Positions 19,524-30,032 of a stretch of 64,000 nt of DNA are shown here, in pieces. The translations under genes and the position numbers were made by a program. Source of the DNA: Candidatus Helarchaeota archaeon (GTDB taxonomy: Archaea > Asgardarchaeota > Lokiarchaeia > Helarchaeales > RDOG01). Location: contig JAHPZH010000005.1 of NCBI GenBank assembly GCA_019058315.1, positions 256,001-320,000 of the forward strand, in the 5' to 3' direction. The notes beneath the pieces were generated by a model. That model had not been told where the DNA came from. It saw only the letters and a list, made by a program, of their open reading frames with translations, and did no database searches. Positions within the stretch are counted from its first letter, which is position 1. Each line of letters begins with the position of its first letter.

Positions 19524-20822
19524 ATGTTAGAAACAATAACCATTAAGGATTTTAAAAAACAATACTTAGAGAAGGTAATTAATAGAGGCAAAGTTCAATT
19601 CGAGGACGTCTCATTTGCAGTTTCAAAGATAATCAGTGAAGTAAAACAAAGAGGTGACGCAGCACTTCTCAGTTTTACTGATAAATTTGATGGTGTTAAG
19701 TTAAGTAAGGATAAGTTAGCAGTAGATAAAGACGAAATTAAAGAAGCTTATAAAAAAATTGATTCAAATTTCCTAGATGTCATTAAGATTGCTAAAAATA
19801 ATATAGCAAAATATCATCAAGCTCAATTTAGAGAGCCTTGGTTTGTTGAAACTTCAAAAGGAGTGTCAGTTGGACAAATTATGAAGCCTTATAAAAGAGT
19901 TGGGCTTTATATCCCTGGAGGAAGAGCCCCATATCCTTCTACAGTATTGATGACAGCTGTTCCAGCAAAAGTTGCAAATGTTAAGGAAATTATACTATGT
20001 ACACCACCTCAAAAAAATGGCAATATAGACCCCTATATTTTAGTTGCTGCAAATGAAGTAGGAATTGATAAAATCTATAAAGTAGGTGGAGCCCAAGCAA
20101 TCGCTGCAATGGCTTATGGGACTTCTTCTATTCCAAAGGTTGAAAAAATTGTTGGTCCTGGAAATATTTATGTTCAAGCAGCAAAACAAATTGTAAGTGT
20201 TGATGTTAGAATCGATTTACCAGCGGGACCAAGCGAAGTACTTATCATTTCTGATGAAAATAGTAATCCGAATTTTATTGCTGCTGATATTTTATCTCAA
20301 GCAGAACATGAACCGGGAACATTTTGTTTTCTACTAACAACATCGCCGGAAATTGTGGAAGCAACTATTTTAGAGTTGAAGAAATTAATCCCGGAGTTAC
20401 CTAAAAAAGAATTTGCAAGTGAAGCATTAGAAAAAAATGGATTTTTCATCCTCGTTGAATCAATTGAGGAAGCTATACAACTGACAAATAAGATTGCGCC
20501 TGAACACTTAGAAATCCAAATTAAAAACCCTAAGTCGGTTTTAGATAAGATTGAAAATGCCGGATCAATCTTTCTTGGTGATTTTGCGCCTGTTCCATTA
20601 GGTGATTTTGCAGCAGGTTCTAACCATGTCTTACCATCTGGTGGAGCTGCGAAATATTATTCAGGTTTATCTATTATGGATTATGTTAAACTAATAGATG
20701 TTATTCAAAGTACAAAAGAAGGTTTAAATGGGCTGAAAGAATGCATTGTGAACTTTGCACAGGTCGAAGGATTTCAAGCTCACGCCCAAAGTATTTTAAA
20801 GAGGTTTGATACTGGTGAGTAA
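19524..20822 (+). CDS. hisD: Histidinol dehydrogenase
   Basis: GLYIPGG, GGAQAIAA, GPGNIYV, PAGPSE, SQAEH, APEHLE and GSNHVLP. Confidence 0.98.
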   Translation: MLETITIKDFKKQYLEKVINRGKVQFEDVSFAVSKIISEVKQRGDAALLSFTDKFDGVKLSKDKLAVDKDEIKEAYKKIDSNFLDVIKIAKNNIAKYHQAQFREPWFVETSKGVSVGQIMKPYKRVGLYIPGGRAPYPSTVLMTAVPAKVANVKEIILCTPPQKNGNIDPYILVAANEVGIDKIYKVGGAQAIAAMAYGTSSIPKVEKIVGPGNIYVQAAKQIVSVDVRIDLPAGPSEVLIISDENSNPNFIAADILSQAEHEPGTFCFLLTTSPEIVEATILELKKLIPELPKKEFASEALEKNGFFILVESIEEAIQLTNKIAPEHLEIQIKNPKSVLDKIENAGSIFLGDFAPVPLGDFAAGSNHVLPSGGAAKYYSGLSIMDYVKLIDVIQSTKEGLNGLKECIVNFAQVEGFQAHAQSILKRFDTGE

Positions 20823-21597
20823 AGAAGAAGGAGAAAAAGATTTAGAAAAAAATAAGGTTGATAGATCTAGAGATGATAATAGCTTGGTTTTTAGATCAGA
20901 TCAAGTTGTATCTTTGCTTGAAAAGGGAATAGAATTAGTACAATTAGGTAAAGCAGAAGAAGCTATTACTTATTTTGATCAAGTTATTGAAATTAATCCC
21001 GAAGATCCTTCTGGATGGTATAGTAAAGGTTCAGCTTTATTTAATTTAGGAAAGTTAGAAAAAGCCATATCATGTTATGATAAAGCTATTGAATTAAATC
21101 CAAAATTAAGTATCGCATGGTATATGAAAGGGAGTGTTTTATCTCAACTAAATAAATTTGAAGAAGCTATATCATGTATTGATAAAGCAATTGAAATAGA
21201 TCCAAAAAATCATTTTCCATGGTTATTAAAAGCTCGTACATTAGTCGAATTAGGTAAATTAAATGATGGAATATCATGTTACGATAAAGTAATTGAAATT
21301 GATCAGAGAAATCAAGCTGCTTGGAACGATAAGGGAGTAGTATTAATTAAATTAAAGGAATACGAGGAAGCAAATAACTGTTTTAATACAGTATTAGAAT
21401 TAAATCCAAATTCAGCTTTTGCCAATTATAATAAGGCTTGTGTGAGTTCTCTTCAAAATAAAAAAGATGAGGCTTTAAAACTATTAGAAATCGCGATTAA
21501 ATTAGATCCGTATGCTAAAGTGCTAATGGAAACAGATTCTGATTTAGATAATATTAGAGAATCAAAAAAATTTCAAGAATTACTTAAAGATGAATGA
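20806..21597 (+). CDS. TPR-repeat protein with C-terminal YNKAC...DSDLDNIR capping domain
   Basis: Consecutive 34-aa W..KG..L..LG...EAI.C.DKAIE..P repeats; start may be GTG 20815. Confidence 0.93.
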   Translation: MILVSKEEGEKDLEKNKVDRSRDDNSLVFRSDQVVSLLEKGIELVQLGKAEEAITYFDQVIEINPEDPSGWYSKGSALFNLGKLEKAISCYDKAIELNPKLSIAWYMKGSVLSQLNKFEEAISCIDKAIEIDPKNHFPWLLKARTLVELGKLNDGISCYDKVIEIDQRNQAAWNDKGVVLIKLKEYEEANNCFNTVLELNPNSAFANYNKACVSSLQNKKDEALKLLEIAIKLDPYAKVLMETDSDLDNIRESKKFQELLKDE

Positions 21598-21636
21598 TTT
21601 AGGATTAGACTATAATGAAATCGAGGTTTAAACCAA

Positions 21637-22425
21637 ATGAGTAGAAAGAAAGACGAAGTCGAAATGGATTCGGAAAATTCTGATAATACCAGTTCTAGAA
21701 ATACTCATGTATCTTTTTCTGAGAAAGATCAAATTAAAAATTTAAATATAGAAGGATTTAATTTAATCCGAACAGGAAAAGCCGAAGATGCAATCCTAAA
21801 TTTTGAAAAAATCATTGAAATCGATCCAAAGAATTCTATTGGATGGTATGGTAAAGGATCAGCTTTATTTGATTTAGGAAAATTAGATGATGCAATATTG
21901 TGTTTTGATAAAGCTGTTGAATTAGATCCATCTAATCCTGATGTTTGGTATGTAAAGGCGTCAGAATTAAAAGAATTTGGAAAATTTGAAGATGCAATAT
22001 CATGTTTTGATAAAGCAATTGAAATAAATCCAGATTTGATCGATATATGGTTAGATAAAGCAAGTACATTATTCAATTGGGGAAAAATAGATGATGCTTT
22101 ATTGTGTTATGATAATGCACTAGAAATTAATCCTAAGAATCAGGACACTTGGAACGAAAAGGGGATTTTATTATTAAAAATAAAGAAATACAAAGGAGCT
22201 CTAATCTGTTTTAATGAAGTATTAAAAATTAATCCCAATTCGGCTTATGCTTATTATAATAAAGCTTGCGTGGCTTCTCTTCAAAATAAGAAAGATGAGA
22301 CCTTAAGACTATTAAAAATTGCGATTAAATTAGATCCCTCTGATAAAGAGTCGATTAAAACAGATTCTGATTTTGATAACATCAGAGAATCAAAAGAATT
22401 TCAAGAATTGTTTAAAGAAGAATGA
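21637..22425 (+). CDS. TPR-repeat protein, tandem paralog of 20806..21597
   Basis: Same repeat layout and near-identical C-terminus. Confidence 0.93.
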   Translation: MSRKKDEVEMDSENSDNTSSRNTHVSFSEKDQIKNLNIEGFNLIRTGKAEDAILNFEKIIEIDPKNSIGWYGKGSALFDLGKLDDAILCFDKAVELDPSNPDVWYVKASELKEFGKFEDAISCFDKAIEINPDLIDIWLDKASTLFNWGKIDDALLCYDNALEINPKNQDTWNEKGILLLKIKKYKGALICFNEVLKINPNSAYAYYNKACVASLQNKKDETLRLLKIAIKLDPSDKESIKTDSDFDNIRESKEFQELFKEE

Positions 22426-22439
22426 TTTAGGTTATAAAT

Positions 22440-23561
22440 ATGGTTAAAAAAAGAGATTATAAGAAATTGCTCAGCAAAAATTTGAAGAACTTCGAAATAT
22501 ATCAATCAGGTGCCTCACTCCCAGATACTATAAAAAAATTTGGGTTAGAAATTGAAGATATTATTAAAATTGACGCTAATGAAAATGTATTTATTGAGCG
22601 TTCCTGGATGCAAGAGCAATTAAAAAAATGTTTGCAAAAGATAAATCTGGCACGTTATCCGGACCCTCTTTATATAGAAACTCGGAAAAGTCTCGCACAA
22701 TATTTTGGATTAGATTATAATGAAATTATCGTTGGAAATGGTTCAGATGACGTTTTTATGACGATTTTTCATACGATTATAGATAATCAAAGTGAAGTAT
22801 TAGTGGCTGAACCTACATTCTCGATGTATAAATTTTTTACAGATATTTTAGGAGCGAAATATTCTTATGTCCTCCTTAATGATGACTTTACCCTAGATGT
22901 TAAGAGTTTGCTCTCTAAAGTATCAAAAAACACAAAGTTAATGATAATAGCATCGCCAAATAATCCTACTGGTAACACATTTGAAACAGATAAGATTAAA
23001 TTTCTCATTGAAAACTTCGAAGGAATTTTTATTTTAGATGAGGCTTACGCTGCTTATTCTAATGTTTCTTTAATTGATTGGATACATAAATATAATAATT
23101 TAATAGTTATAAGAACATTCAGTAAATCCTTAGGATTAGCAGGTTTGCGCGTAGGAATAATGGCTCTAAATAAAGAATTAGCCGATATTCTTAGACCTAT
23201 TCAAATTCCTTACAGTTTAAACGTCGTTGCACAGTATTTAGTTCCTCAACTCCTCAAAGAAAAAGAATATTTTCAGAAAAAGATTGAGGAAGTTAAAAAA
23301 GAACGTGAATGGTTATTCTCAAAGCTAACTGAAATAAAACAATTAAAAGTCTATCCGTCTAATACTAATTTTATTTTAGTAAAAGTGTTGAAAGATGGTT
23401 TAAATGCAAATAAAGTATGCGAAGAATTAATTAAAAGTGGAATAATTATTCGCGACCGAAGTAAAGTCCCCTTGCTATCCAATTGTGTTCGAATAACTGT
23501 AGGAACAAGAGAAATTAATTTAAATTTACTGGAACAATTAAAACGAATTCTTGGAGATTAA
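22440..23561 (+). CDS. hisC: Histidinol-phosphate aminotransferase
   Basis: DANEN, GNGSDD, SPNNPTG, DEAY and RTFSKSLGLAGLRVG. Confidence 0.96.
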   Translation: MVKKRDYKKLLSKNLKNFEIYQSGASLPDTIKKFGLEIEDIIKIDANENVFIERSWMQEQLKKCLQKINLARYPDPLYIETRKSLAQYFGLDYNEIIVGNGSDDVFMTIFHTIIDNQSEVLVAEPTFSMYKFFTDILGAKYSYVLLNDDFTLDVKSLLSKVSKNTKLMIIASPNNPTGNTFETDKIKFLIENFEGIFILDEAYAAYSNVSLIDWIHKYNNLIVIRTFSKSLGLAGLRVGIMALNKELADILRPIQIPYSLNVVAQYLVPQLLKEKEYFQKKIEEVKKEREWLFSKLTEIKQLKVYPSNTNFILVKVLKDGLNANKVCEELIKSGIIIRDRSKVPLLSNCVRITVGTREINLNLLEQLKRILGD

Positions 23562-23655
23562 TTTAAGTGAATTATTTGATTATTAAAATTCTTAAAATGT
23601 ATTAATACAAAATATGAATTATAGTATTTATTTGAAAAAATTGGAGGAAATAATT

Positions 23656-24249
23656 ATGAGAACCGCAGAAAATCATCGTAAAACTAAAGAAACGGATATA
23701 AAAATTGAAATAAATTTGGATGGAACAGGAATATATAAAAATGAATCTAAAACCTTTACCGAAGGTTATAAATTTTTATCTCATATGCTTGAAAATTTTT
23801 CTAAACATTCTTTAATCGATATAAAAATCGAAGGAGATGGAGATCTTCAACATCATATGGTTGAGGATGTTGCGATATGTTTAGCAGAGGTTCTAAAAAA
23901 AGCTCTAGGAGATAAAAAAGGAATAAAAAGATTTGGTTCTGCATTTGCTCCTATGGATGAGGTACTAGCGCGTGTTGTTGTTGATGTGAGTGGGCGTGGA
24001 TATTCAAATATAGAATTGGGATTAAAAATAGAAGAAGTTGATGGGCTTCCAGTTAGTTTATTAAAACATTTCTTGACTACTTTCGTTAAAGTATCTGAAA
24101 TAGCACTTCATGGAAAGGTTTTATACGGCGAAGACGATCATCATAAGATCGAAGGTTTTTTCAAAGCGCTTGCTCTAGCGTTAAGACAGGCGGTTTCCAT
24201 AGATGAAAGAATAAAAGATATAATTCCAAGTACAAAAGGCACAATATAA
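23656..24249 (+). CDS. hisB: Imidazoleglycerol-phosphate dehydratase
   Basis: RKTKETDI, HHMVED, PMDE, HHKIE and PSTKG; start ATG 23656 after GGAGG. Confidence 0.96.
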   Translation: MRTAENHRKTKETDIKIEINLDGTGIYKNESKTFTEGYKFLSHMLENFSKHSLIDIKIEGDGDLQHHMVEDVAICLAEVLKKALGDKKGIKRFGSAFAPMDEVLARVVVDVSGRGYSNIELGLKIEEVDGLPVSLLKHFLTTFVKVSEIALHGKVLYGEDDHHKIEGFFKALALALRQAVSIDERIKDIIPSTKGTI

Positions 24250-24405
24250 AACATTTTTTTTCGTTTATTTAATATTTATTTTTTAATTGCTGATATATTA
24301 GTTTAATTATGCTAAATATTAATATTTTTAAGAGAGTAAATAATAAAATTTTATACCAATAGAATTATTTCAATACAAAAAAAATTATTCTTTGAGGTTT
24401 ATAAC

Positions 24406-25917
24406 ATGGATGAGACAACTAGGAAGAAATTATTGAACAAAGTTTCTAGTAAAGAATCAACACAAGCAAAATTGAACAAATATAATGTAAGTATAGGAAG
24501 GTTATTATTATATTTAGTTCCCTTGACTCTAGTGGTTTTAACAGTTTTAAACATTGTTACATCGGGCAACTTGTTTGGATTATTACTCATTGTATTCATT
24601 TGTATTTTAGCTATCTATGCAGTAAATTCTTTGCTGCTTATGATGGGAGCTCTTACTACAGGACAAGCATTTCAAATGAGATTGGATTTTGAGAGACAAA
24701 TTGGTAGACCTTTAGATAGTCTAAGAGGATTTAGTACAATTCAGAAAAAAATTGGAATGACTTTAAACTTATTAAAAATTATAGCACTCGTAAGTTTTGC
24801 AGCTTTGGGTATATACGCAGTTTGGATTGTACTATCCATGCAAGGAGCTCCGGCAAGCGATATTTTAAGCTATGCGGGAATAGGTTTTACTCTTGTTACA
24901 GCAGGTCTTGCTCTATTAGTAAAGAGTGTAAAGATGGATATTACTGACGTTACCGGTCTATCAGATTATTATAAGCCAAGTAATCATGATTTATTCATTG
25001 ACAACTTTTTTGGAGACATATTTTATGGTTCCCTTGATCCAATCGTAAAACTGAAATGGGATGAATTTACAGATGTTCTCGCAAATAATTTAAAGCCAGA
25101 ATATGTGGCAGAGATTAAATCTAAAGAAGAAACAGAGGTTCCAGTTAAATTTGCAATCGAAAAAATTCTATATTTAAGCTATTTAGAATCGCAAGGTGTT
25201 ATTGATAGGGAAACGGTAACAAATGAAATTAGCGAAATTATGAACTTTGGTGAAGAATATACTTATGAACGAGGAGCTATGATTGAAGGTCGGTATTATT
25301 TCGGTGTAAGTGATTTACATAAAATATTTCTAAATATTGAAAAGCATATTCCCGCCTTTTTTGACGCAGTAGATAGATTGCAATTAGAACTGATAGATAA
25401 CATCAAAATTTTGAGTGACGATCCGATTTACTTAGATGTCTGTGCAGAGGAAATGGTTGCAAAAGATGGTGAAATTAATATTATATTATTTCTATATAAT
25501 AATAAACCTGCTAATGATAAATATAAGATTAAGATTTTTGCTCCTGGATTTCAACCTGAAGAACTAATTGTAGATGTTATGTGTGAAGGTAGAGGCGACT
25601 TTGAAATTCCCAAAAGTGAAATTCCGTTAACTTCAGATACAGAAACAGATGTTGTTGGTGTAATGAGTACAATGCTTAAGAACGGAGATGCGGTATGGTT
25701 AACGCTAGAACCAAGAGAAAAAGGAGAACAGACAATCCAAGTTTTCTTAATGGAACCAGATGGAACTGTTATAGAAGGCAAAACTATGACTGTAGATATT
25801 TTCACAAATTTCTTCTATTTAATTAAAAAATTAACAGGTTCAAGTTCAGTGCTCGGTGGAGTAGCAACTCCGGTACTTCGTACCGTAATGGGTGGCAATA
25901 GCGGACTTGGAGGATAA
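24406..25917 (+). CDS. Hypothetical membrane protein (4 N-terminal TM, large soluble region, beta-rich C-domain)
   Basis: Hydrophobicity pattern; GAGGT SD. Confidence 0.8.
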   Translation: MDETTRKKLLNKVSSKESTQAKLNKYNVSIGRLLLYLVPLTLVVLTVLNIVTSGNLFGLLLIVFICILAIYAVNSLLLMMGALTTGQAFQMRLDFERQIGRPLDSLRGFSTIQKKIGMTLNLLKIIALVSFAALGIYAVWIVLSMQGAPASDILSYAGIGFTLVTAGLALLVKSVKMDITDVTGLSDYYKPSNHDLFIDNFFGDIFYGSLDPIVKLKWDEFTDVLANNLKPEYVAEIKSKEETEVPVKFAIEKILYLSYLESQGVIDRETVTNEISEIMNFGEEYTYERGAMIEGRYYFGVSDLHKIFLNIEKHIPAFFDAVDRLQLELIDNIKILSDDPIYLDVCAEEMVAKDGEINIILFLYNNKPANDKYKIKIFAPGFQPEELIVDVMCEGRGDFEIPKSEIPLTSDTETDVVGVMSTMLKNGDAVWLTLEPREKGEQTIQVFLMEPDGTVIEGKTMTVDIFTNFFYLIKKLTGSSSVLGGVATPVLRTVMGGNSGLGG

Positions 25918-25937
25918 TACTTTTTTTCTTTTTTTTA

Positions 25938-26930
25938 TTACGGATCTTGAATCCCTTGCTCATTTATTAAAAATACTGCTTCGGTCTCAGGTAAACAAGG
26001 CGAATCAACTAGCCTAGCTATTCTTTTATTAGCTTTGGATTTTCTTAAATAGATTCTATAAGTGCTAGCATGTGCTAAAACGTGTCCTCCAACTGGTTGC
26101 GTCGGGTCCCCAAAGAATAGTCCTGGAGCAGCCATAACTTGATTTGTTATATATATTGCTAAATTATACGCTTCACCAAGTCGTAAAAGTTTATGAAGAA
26201 GTCTGTTTAATTTTTGTTGTCTGTCAGCTAAAGTCCCTCTACCAATGTATTCTGATCTAAAATGACTAATTATAGAATCCACAACGATAAGTTTAATGTT
26301 ATGTTCTTGTAAGAAATTTGGAAGTTTATCTACTATAAGTTGTAGATGGTCGGAATTGAAAGATCTAATATAAACTACACGCTCTAACATAGTTTTAGGA
26401 TCCAGATCAGGATATTTTTCAACTATTTCTAGTAAACGTTCTGGTCTAAAAGTACCTTCTGCGTCGATATACAACGCTTCAGCCCCTAGACCACCTTTTT
26501 CCCTCGGGAGTTGAACAGTAACACAAAGTTGATGGGCGATTTGTGTTTTTCCAGTTCTAAATTCCCCATAAACTTCAATTAATGTCCTTGTTTCAACACC
26601 ACCACCTAACATGGCATCAATTTGTTCTGAACCACTCGTAAATTTTTCCATTGATTTTCTACGTTCTAATAATTCGGCAGCGGATTCGAAACCAATATCT
26701 AAACTGTCTCTTGCAGCAGCAATTATCTTTCCTATAGTAGCTTCTCCTATTGAAGTTATTGAGCTTATTTCGTTTGGAGAGGCTACCGCTAAAGCTTCTA
26801 AAGAACTATAACCAGCCTCCCGCAACTTTTCTGCAATTGCAGGACCTACCCCACTTAAATTTTCAATATTTATACTAGCCGAGCTTTTGGTCTCAATTTT
26901 TTTCTCTTTACTATTTTTTGTTGTAGACAT
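25938..26930 (-). CDS. radA: DNA repair and recombination protein RadA
   Basis: HhH GVGP, FESA oligomerisation motif, GEFRTGKTQ, YIDAEGTFRPER, LIVVDS and RLVDSPCLPE; ATG 26930 after GGTGA. Confidence 0.97.
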   Translation of the reverse strand: MSTTKNSKEKKIETKSSASINIENLSGVGPAIAEKLREAGYSSLEALAVASPNEISSITSIGEATIGKIIAAARDSLDIGFESAAELLERRKSMEKFTSGSEQIDAMLGGGVETRTLIEVYGEFRTGKTQIAHQLCVTVQLPREKGGLGAEALYIDAEGTFRPERLLEIVEKYPDLDPKTMLERVVYIRSFNSDHLQLIVDKLPNFLQEHNIKLIVVDSIISHFRSEYIGRGTLADRQQKLNRLLHKLLRLGEAYNLAIYITNQVMAAPGLFFGDPTQPVGGHVLAHASTYRIYLRKSKANKRIARLVDSPCLPETEAVFLINEQGIQDP

Positions 26931-27121
26931 AATAATCACCAAATAATTACTATTAACTTCAAAAGCATCTTATTAAAGCACACAGAGGGAGGTATTGAGA
27001 GGTATTATAAATAAAAAAATAAAAAACATAAAGTTATAGATAATAATTCTTGTATAAATAAATCAAAATATTAATAACTTTCATCATTCAAAATTAACAA
27101 TGTAAATAAGTTATTACGGGA

Positions 27122-27130
27122 TTTTGTCGG
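27122..27130. promoter_or_regulatory. TTTTGTCGG box in the radA / luxE-like divergent intergenic region
   Basis: Same motif as upstream of polB2 and the RadA paralog. Confidence 0.45.
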
Positions 27131-27249
27131 AAATTTGTTAAATTTAGATCTTTGAAAAAAAATACTTTAAAAAAATATTCGTAATTAAAATTGAATTAAT
27201 ATCAATTGAAGAGATCAATATTAACTATTATGATTAAAGGCGAAAATAT

Positions 27250-28443
27250 TTGTCTAATTCAACTTTATTTGAAAATTTAAGGTCAGAGGTTATCAATACC
27301 TCAAAAGATTGTAAATTTTACCATGACATATGTGTTAAAGAAGAATATGACTTTGATCAAACGGTTAATGAGTCAAATTTAGAAGAAATTCCTTATATTA
27401 ATTGGTCTTATTTTAAAGCATCTAATGGACAATTTAGTAAATTACTTCGATTTCCATTTGACAAGTTAGCCTATTGGACTTTAAGCTCCTCCACTTCTGG
27501 AGATCCTAGTTTGGTTGGTAGAGGTCCTGAAGATATAGAAGTCTTTAAAAATAACTTTAAGCGAGTTTTTGAAGAATATTCAAACATGAGCCAGATAAAA
27601 CGGCTCATTTTATTTGCCCCACATATGAGATTTATGAATAGAATGCCTGGAGAGTGGGAGGGAAAGCGTGGGTTTCTTTTTTATCGTGATATTACCCAAA
27701 TTTGGGAAGATTATAAGATAGATTATTTATTGAAATTTAAATTTTGGAAAACAGTTGGTTACACTATAACTCATTTTAAACCCAAAGTATTTATTGAAAT
27801 AGACGGAAAATTACTTAAAAGAAGTCTTAATCAGGTAGAGAAGGAACATATTCCTGCATTAATTGCCAATTCTGCTCCTTTAATGTACAAAAATTTCATG
27901 GATTATCGAAAAAAACGTAAATCGGGCTTTAATATGGCTGAAACTTTTCGTGTTCAAACAGGAGGGGGAGGTTGGTCGGGAAAAAAAGGCCGAGTAAAAC
28001 TAGATTATGAGATAAATAAAGCGGATTTTATAGAACAACTATCTGATTTTTTTAATATTCCATTCGAAAATTTTGCAGATTTATATGGTGCAACGGAAAC
28101 ACCTATAGCATGTGGGGGTCATTGGAGTAAAAAATATGAGGATTTTATTTTGCATCTCGATAAAAGCAATGCGCGATTCGTTATCCGCTCAATTGGCACT
28201 CTAGAAAGAATTAAAAAAACCAAAGAACCAGGAGTCCTTGAAATATTAACACCATACGGTGTACAGTCATATGCAGGAGTCGCTATTTTATTAGATGACA
28301 TCATAGAAATATTAGATTTTAATAAGTGTAGTGAATGTGGTAGAGAAGGAATTATATTCAGAGTGGTTGGTAAATTAACCCCAGATATTGGAAAAGGATG
28401 TATTTCTTTTACTAATTTATTTCCTTTTGAAAAGGAAACTTAA
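27250..28443 (+). CDS. LuxE/PaaK-like acyl-protein synthetase
   Basis: SSSTSGDPS, TGGGGW.G, DLYGATE, ILLDDI and C-terminal GKGC. Confidence 0.75.
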   Translation: MSNSTLFENLRSEVINTSKDCKFYHDICVKEEYDFDQTVNESNLEEIPYINWSYFKASNGQFSKLLRFPFDKLAYWTLSSSTSGDPSLVGRGPEDIEVFKNNFKRVFEEYSNMSQIKRLILFAPHMRFMNRMPGEWEGKRGFLFYRDITQIWEDYKIDYLLKFKFWKTVGYTITHFKPKVFIEIDGKLLKRSLNQVEKEHIPALIANSAPLMYKNFMDYRKKRKSGFNMAETFRVQTGGGGWSGKKGRVKLDYEINKADFIEQLSDFFNIPFENFADLYGATETPIACGGHWSKKYEDFILHLDKSNARFVIRSIGTLERIKKTKEPGVLEILTPYGVQSYAGVAILLDDIIEILDFNKCSECGREGIIFRVVGKLTPDIGKGCISFTNLFPFEKET

Positions 28444-28449
28444 TCTTTT

Positions 28450-29922
28450 CTAATTTTGCCTTTGAAGATAATTGTAATATTGATTTAAACGATAATAGAC
28501 TTTAGCACCTCGTGTAATAGAAGAAAATGTTGGAATTTTTAAATCATTTAAGTTCTTAATAAGATGAATTCTAGTATCCTCAATTTCTAAATTGGTTTCA
28601 ATAATTCTCGGAATAATGCAAATTAATGGTTTTGTTATAAATCGTTTTATTTTTTTATAGGCTTTAACAATTTCTGTTCCATAATCAAATCTAGAGAGAC
28701 CAGAAGCTCTAATTCTTTCATTAAACCAATAGAATCGTTCTGGCATTTGATAAGTAATGAGTGCGTCAATTTTTGAGTCATTACTTACATATTTGATAAT
28801 TCTTCTGAAAATATCTGGAAAGAAACCCATACCTCCCATATCTACGGGATTTTTTACACTAGTATTTACATCAGGTAAGATCTTTGAGATTTTATTTTTA
28901 GTTTCCTCAGATAATTGGGGTAAATATAATCCTTCTTTCGCACAAGCATCTGTCATTTCCACCGAAGATCCTCCACCACCCACTATTATCCCGATATTTT
29001 TACCTTTAGGTAATTTATTGCCAAGCAAAAGACAACTATGCAAAACATCCCCCAATTCATCGATAGATTCAGTCAGGATAATACCAGTTTGTTTCATAAT
29101 GGATCGCCAAAGATTATTATCCATAGCTAAAGCTCCAGTGTGGCTAAATGCAGCTCTTTTTCCATCTTCAGTAACTCCACCTTTCCAAACAACAACTGGC
29201 TTTTTTATAGTTACCTTTTTAATTTTTTCATAGAAATTATTCCGTTTTACATCCTCAATATATACCCCAACTGCCCTAATTTCATTATCATTTCCAAAAT
29301 ATTCTATAAAATCTTGAATTGTTAAGTCACATTGATTACCTATACTTACGGTTTTGTTAAACTTTATTCCTTTTCCATTTGCTAACAAAGTGAATGTTCC
29401 AGCATGACCTCCGGATTGAGAAATAAATCCAACATTACCGATATCTCCTACCTCTTGTCCCGGCATAAAAGCTAATCTACTTTTATTACAGTGGATACCT
29501 AGACAATTTGGACCAATTAGTCTTATTTTACCCTTTTTAGCTATCTCTACTATTTCATCTTCCAATTTTTTATTACCCACTTCACTAAATCCTGAACTAA
29601 ATATAACAGCATATTTTACCTTTCCAGAACATTGTTTTAATATCTCAGGACATTTTCTCGCAGGAACAGCTATAATTGCTAAATCAATTAGTTCAGGTAC
29701 ATCCAATATTGTGGGAATTACTTTCCTTCCATATATTTCTGAGCGATTTGGATTAATATAATAAATAGTTTTAGGAAATTTTGAGTTATCTAAAGCGGTT
29801 ACGAAACCCCCACCTTTTATTGGTTGATTTGAAACCCCTATTATTGCTACATTATTAGGATAAAATAACTCATTCATATCTATCAAATTTATGCCTCTTG
29901 GTTTCATAACCAACATAACCAA
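28450..29922 (-). CDS. Acyl-CoA synthetase (ADP-forming), alpha subunit
   Basis: VAIIGVS, SSGFSE, IGPNCLG, SQSGG, SHTGAL (phospho-His) and NPVD. Confidence 0.93.
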   Translation of the reverse strand: MVMLVMKPRGINLIDMNELFYPNNVAIIGVSNQPIKGGGFVTALDNSKFPKTIYYINPNRSEIYGRKVIPTILDVPELIDLAIIAVPARKCPEILKQCSGKVKYAVIFSSGFSEVGNKKLEDEIVEIAKKGKIRLIGPNCLGIHCNKSRLAFMPGQEVGDIGNVGFISQSGGHAGTFTLLANGKGIKFNKTVSIGNQCDLTIQDFIEYFGNDNEIRAVGVYIEDVKRNNFYEKIKKVTIKKPVVVWKGGVTEDGKRAAFSHTGALAMDNNLWRSIMKQTGIILTESIDELGDVLHSCLLLGNKLPKGKNIGIIVGGGGSSVEMTDACAKEGLYLPQLSEETKNKISKILPDVNTSVKNPVDMGGMGFFPDIFRRIIKYVSNDSKIDALITYQMPERFYWFNERIRASGLSRFDYGTEIVKAYKKIKRFITKPLICIIPRIIETNLEIEDTRIHLIKNLNDLKIPTFSSITRGAKVYYRLNQYYNYLQRQN

Positions 29923-30032
29923 AGGAAAAATAAAAATTTTTCATTTAAATTGAAAAATTCGTTTTTATAAAAAAGAGGGGGATGGAGTTTCTTTGTTGAA
30001 CGCGATAATTTGAATAATTAGTTTTTAATTAT

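Noticed and set aside
27125-27145. Identity with the actinobacterial PafBC/RecA-NDp promoter (TGTCGG...TAnnnT)
   Set aside because: The TGTCGG core is similar, but the downstream TAnnnT spacing is not consistent across sites and archaea lack sigma factors. Treated as coincidence unless a WYL regulator is found in the genome.
27250-28443. Bioluminescence (lux) operon
   Set aside because: No luxA, luxB, luxC or luxD in the window.
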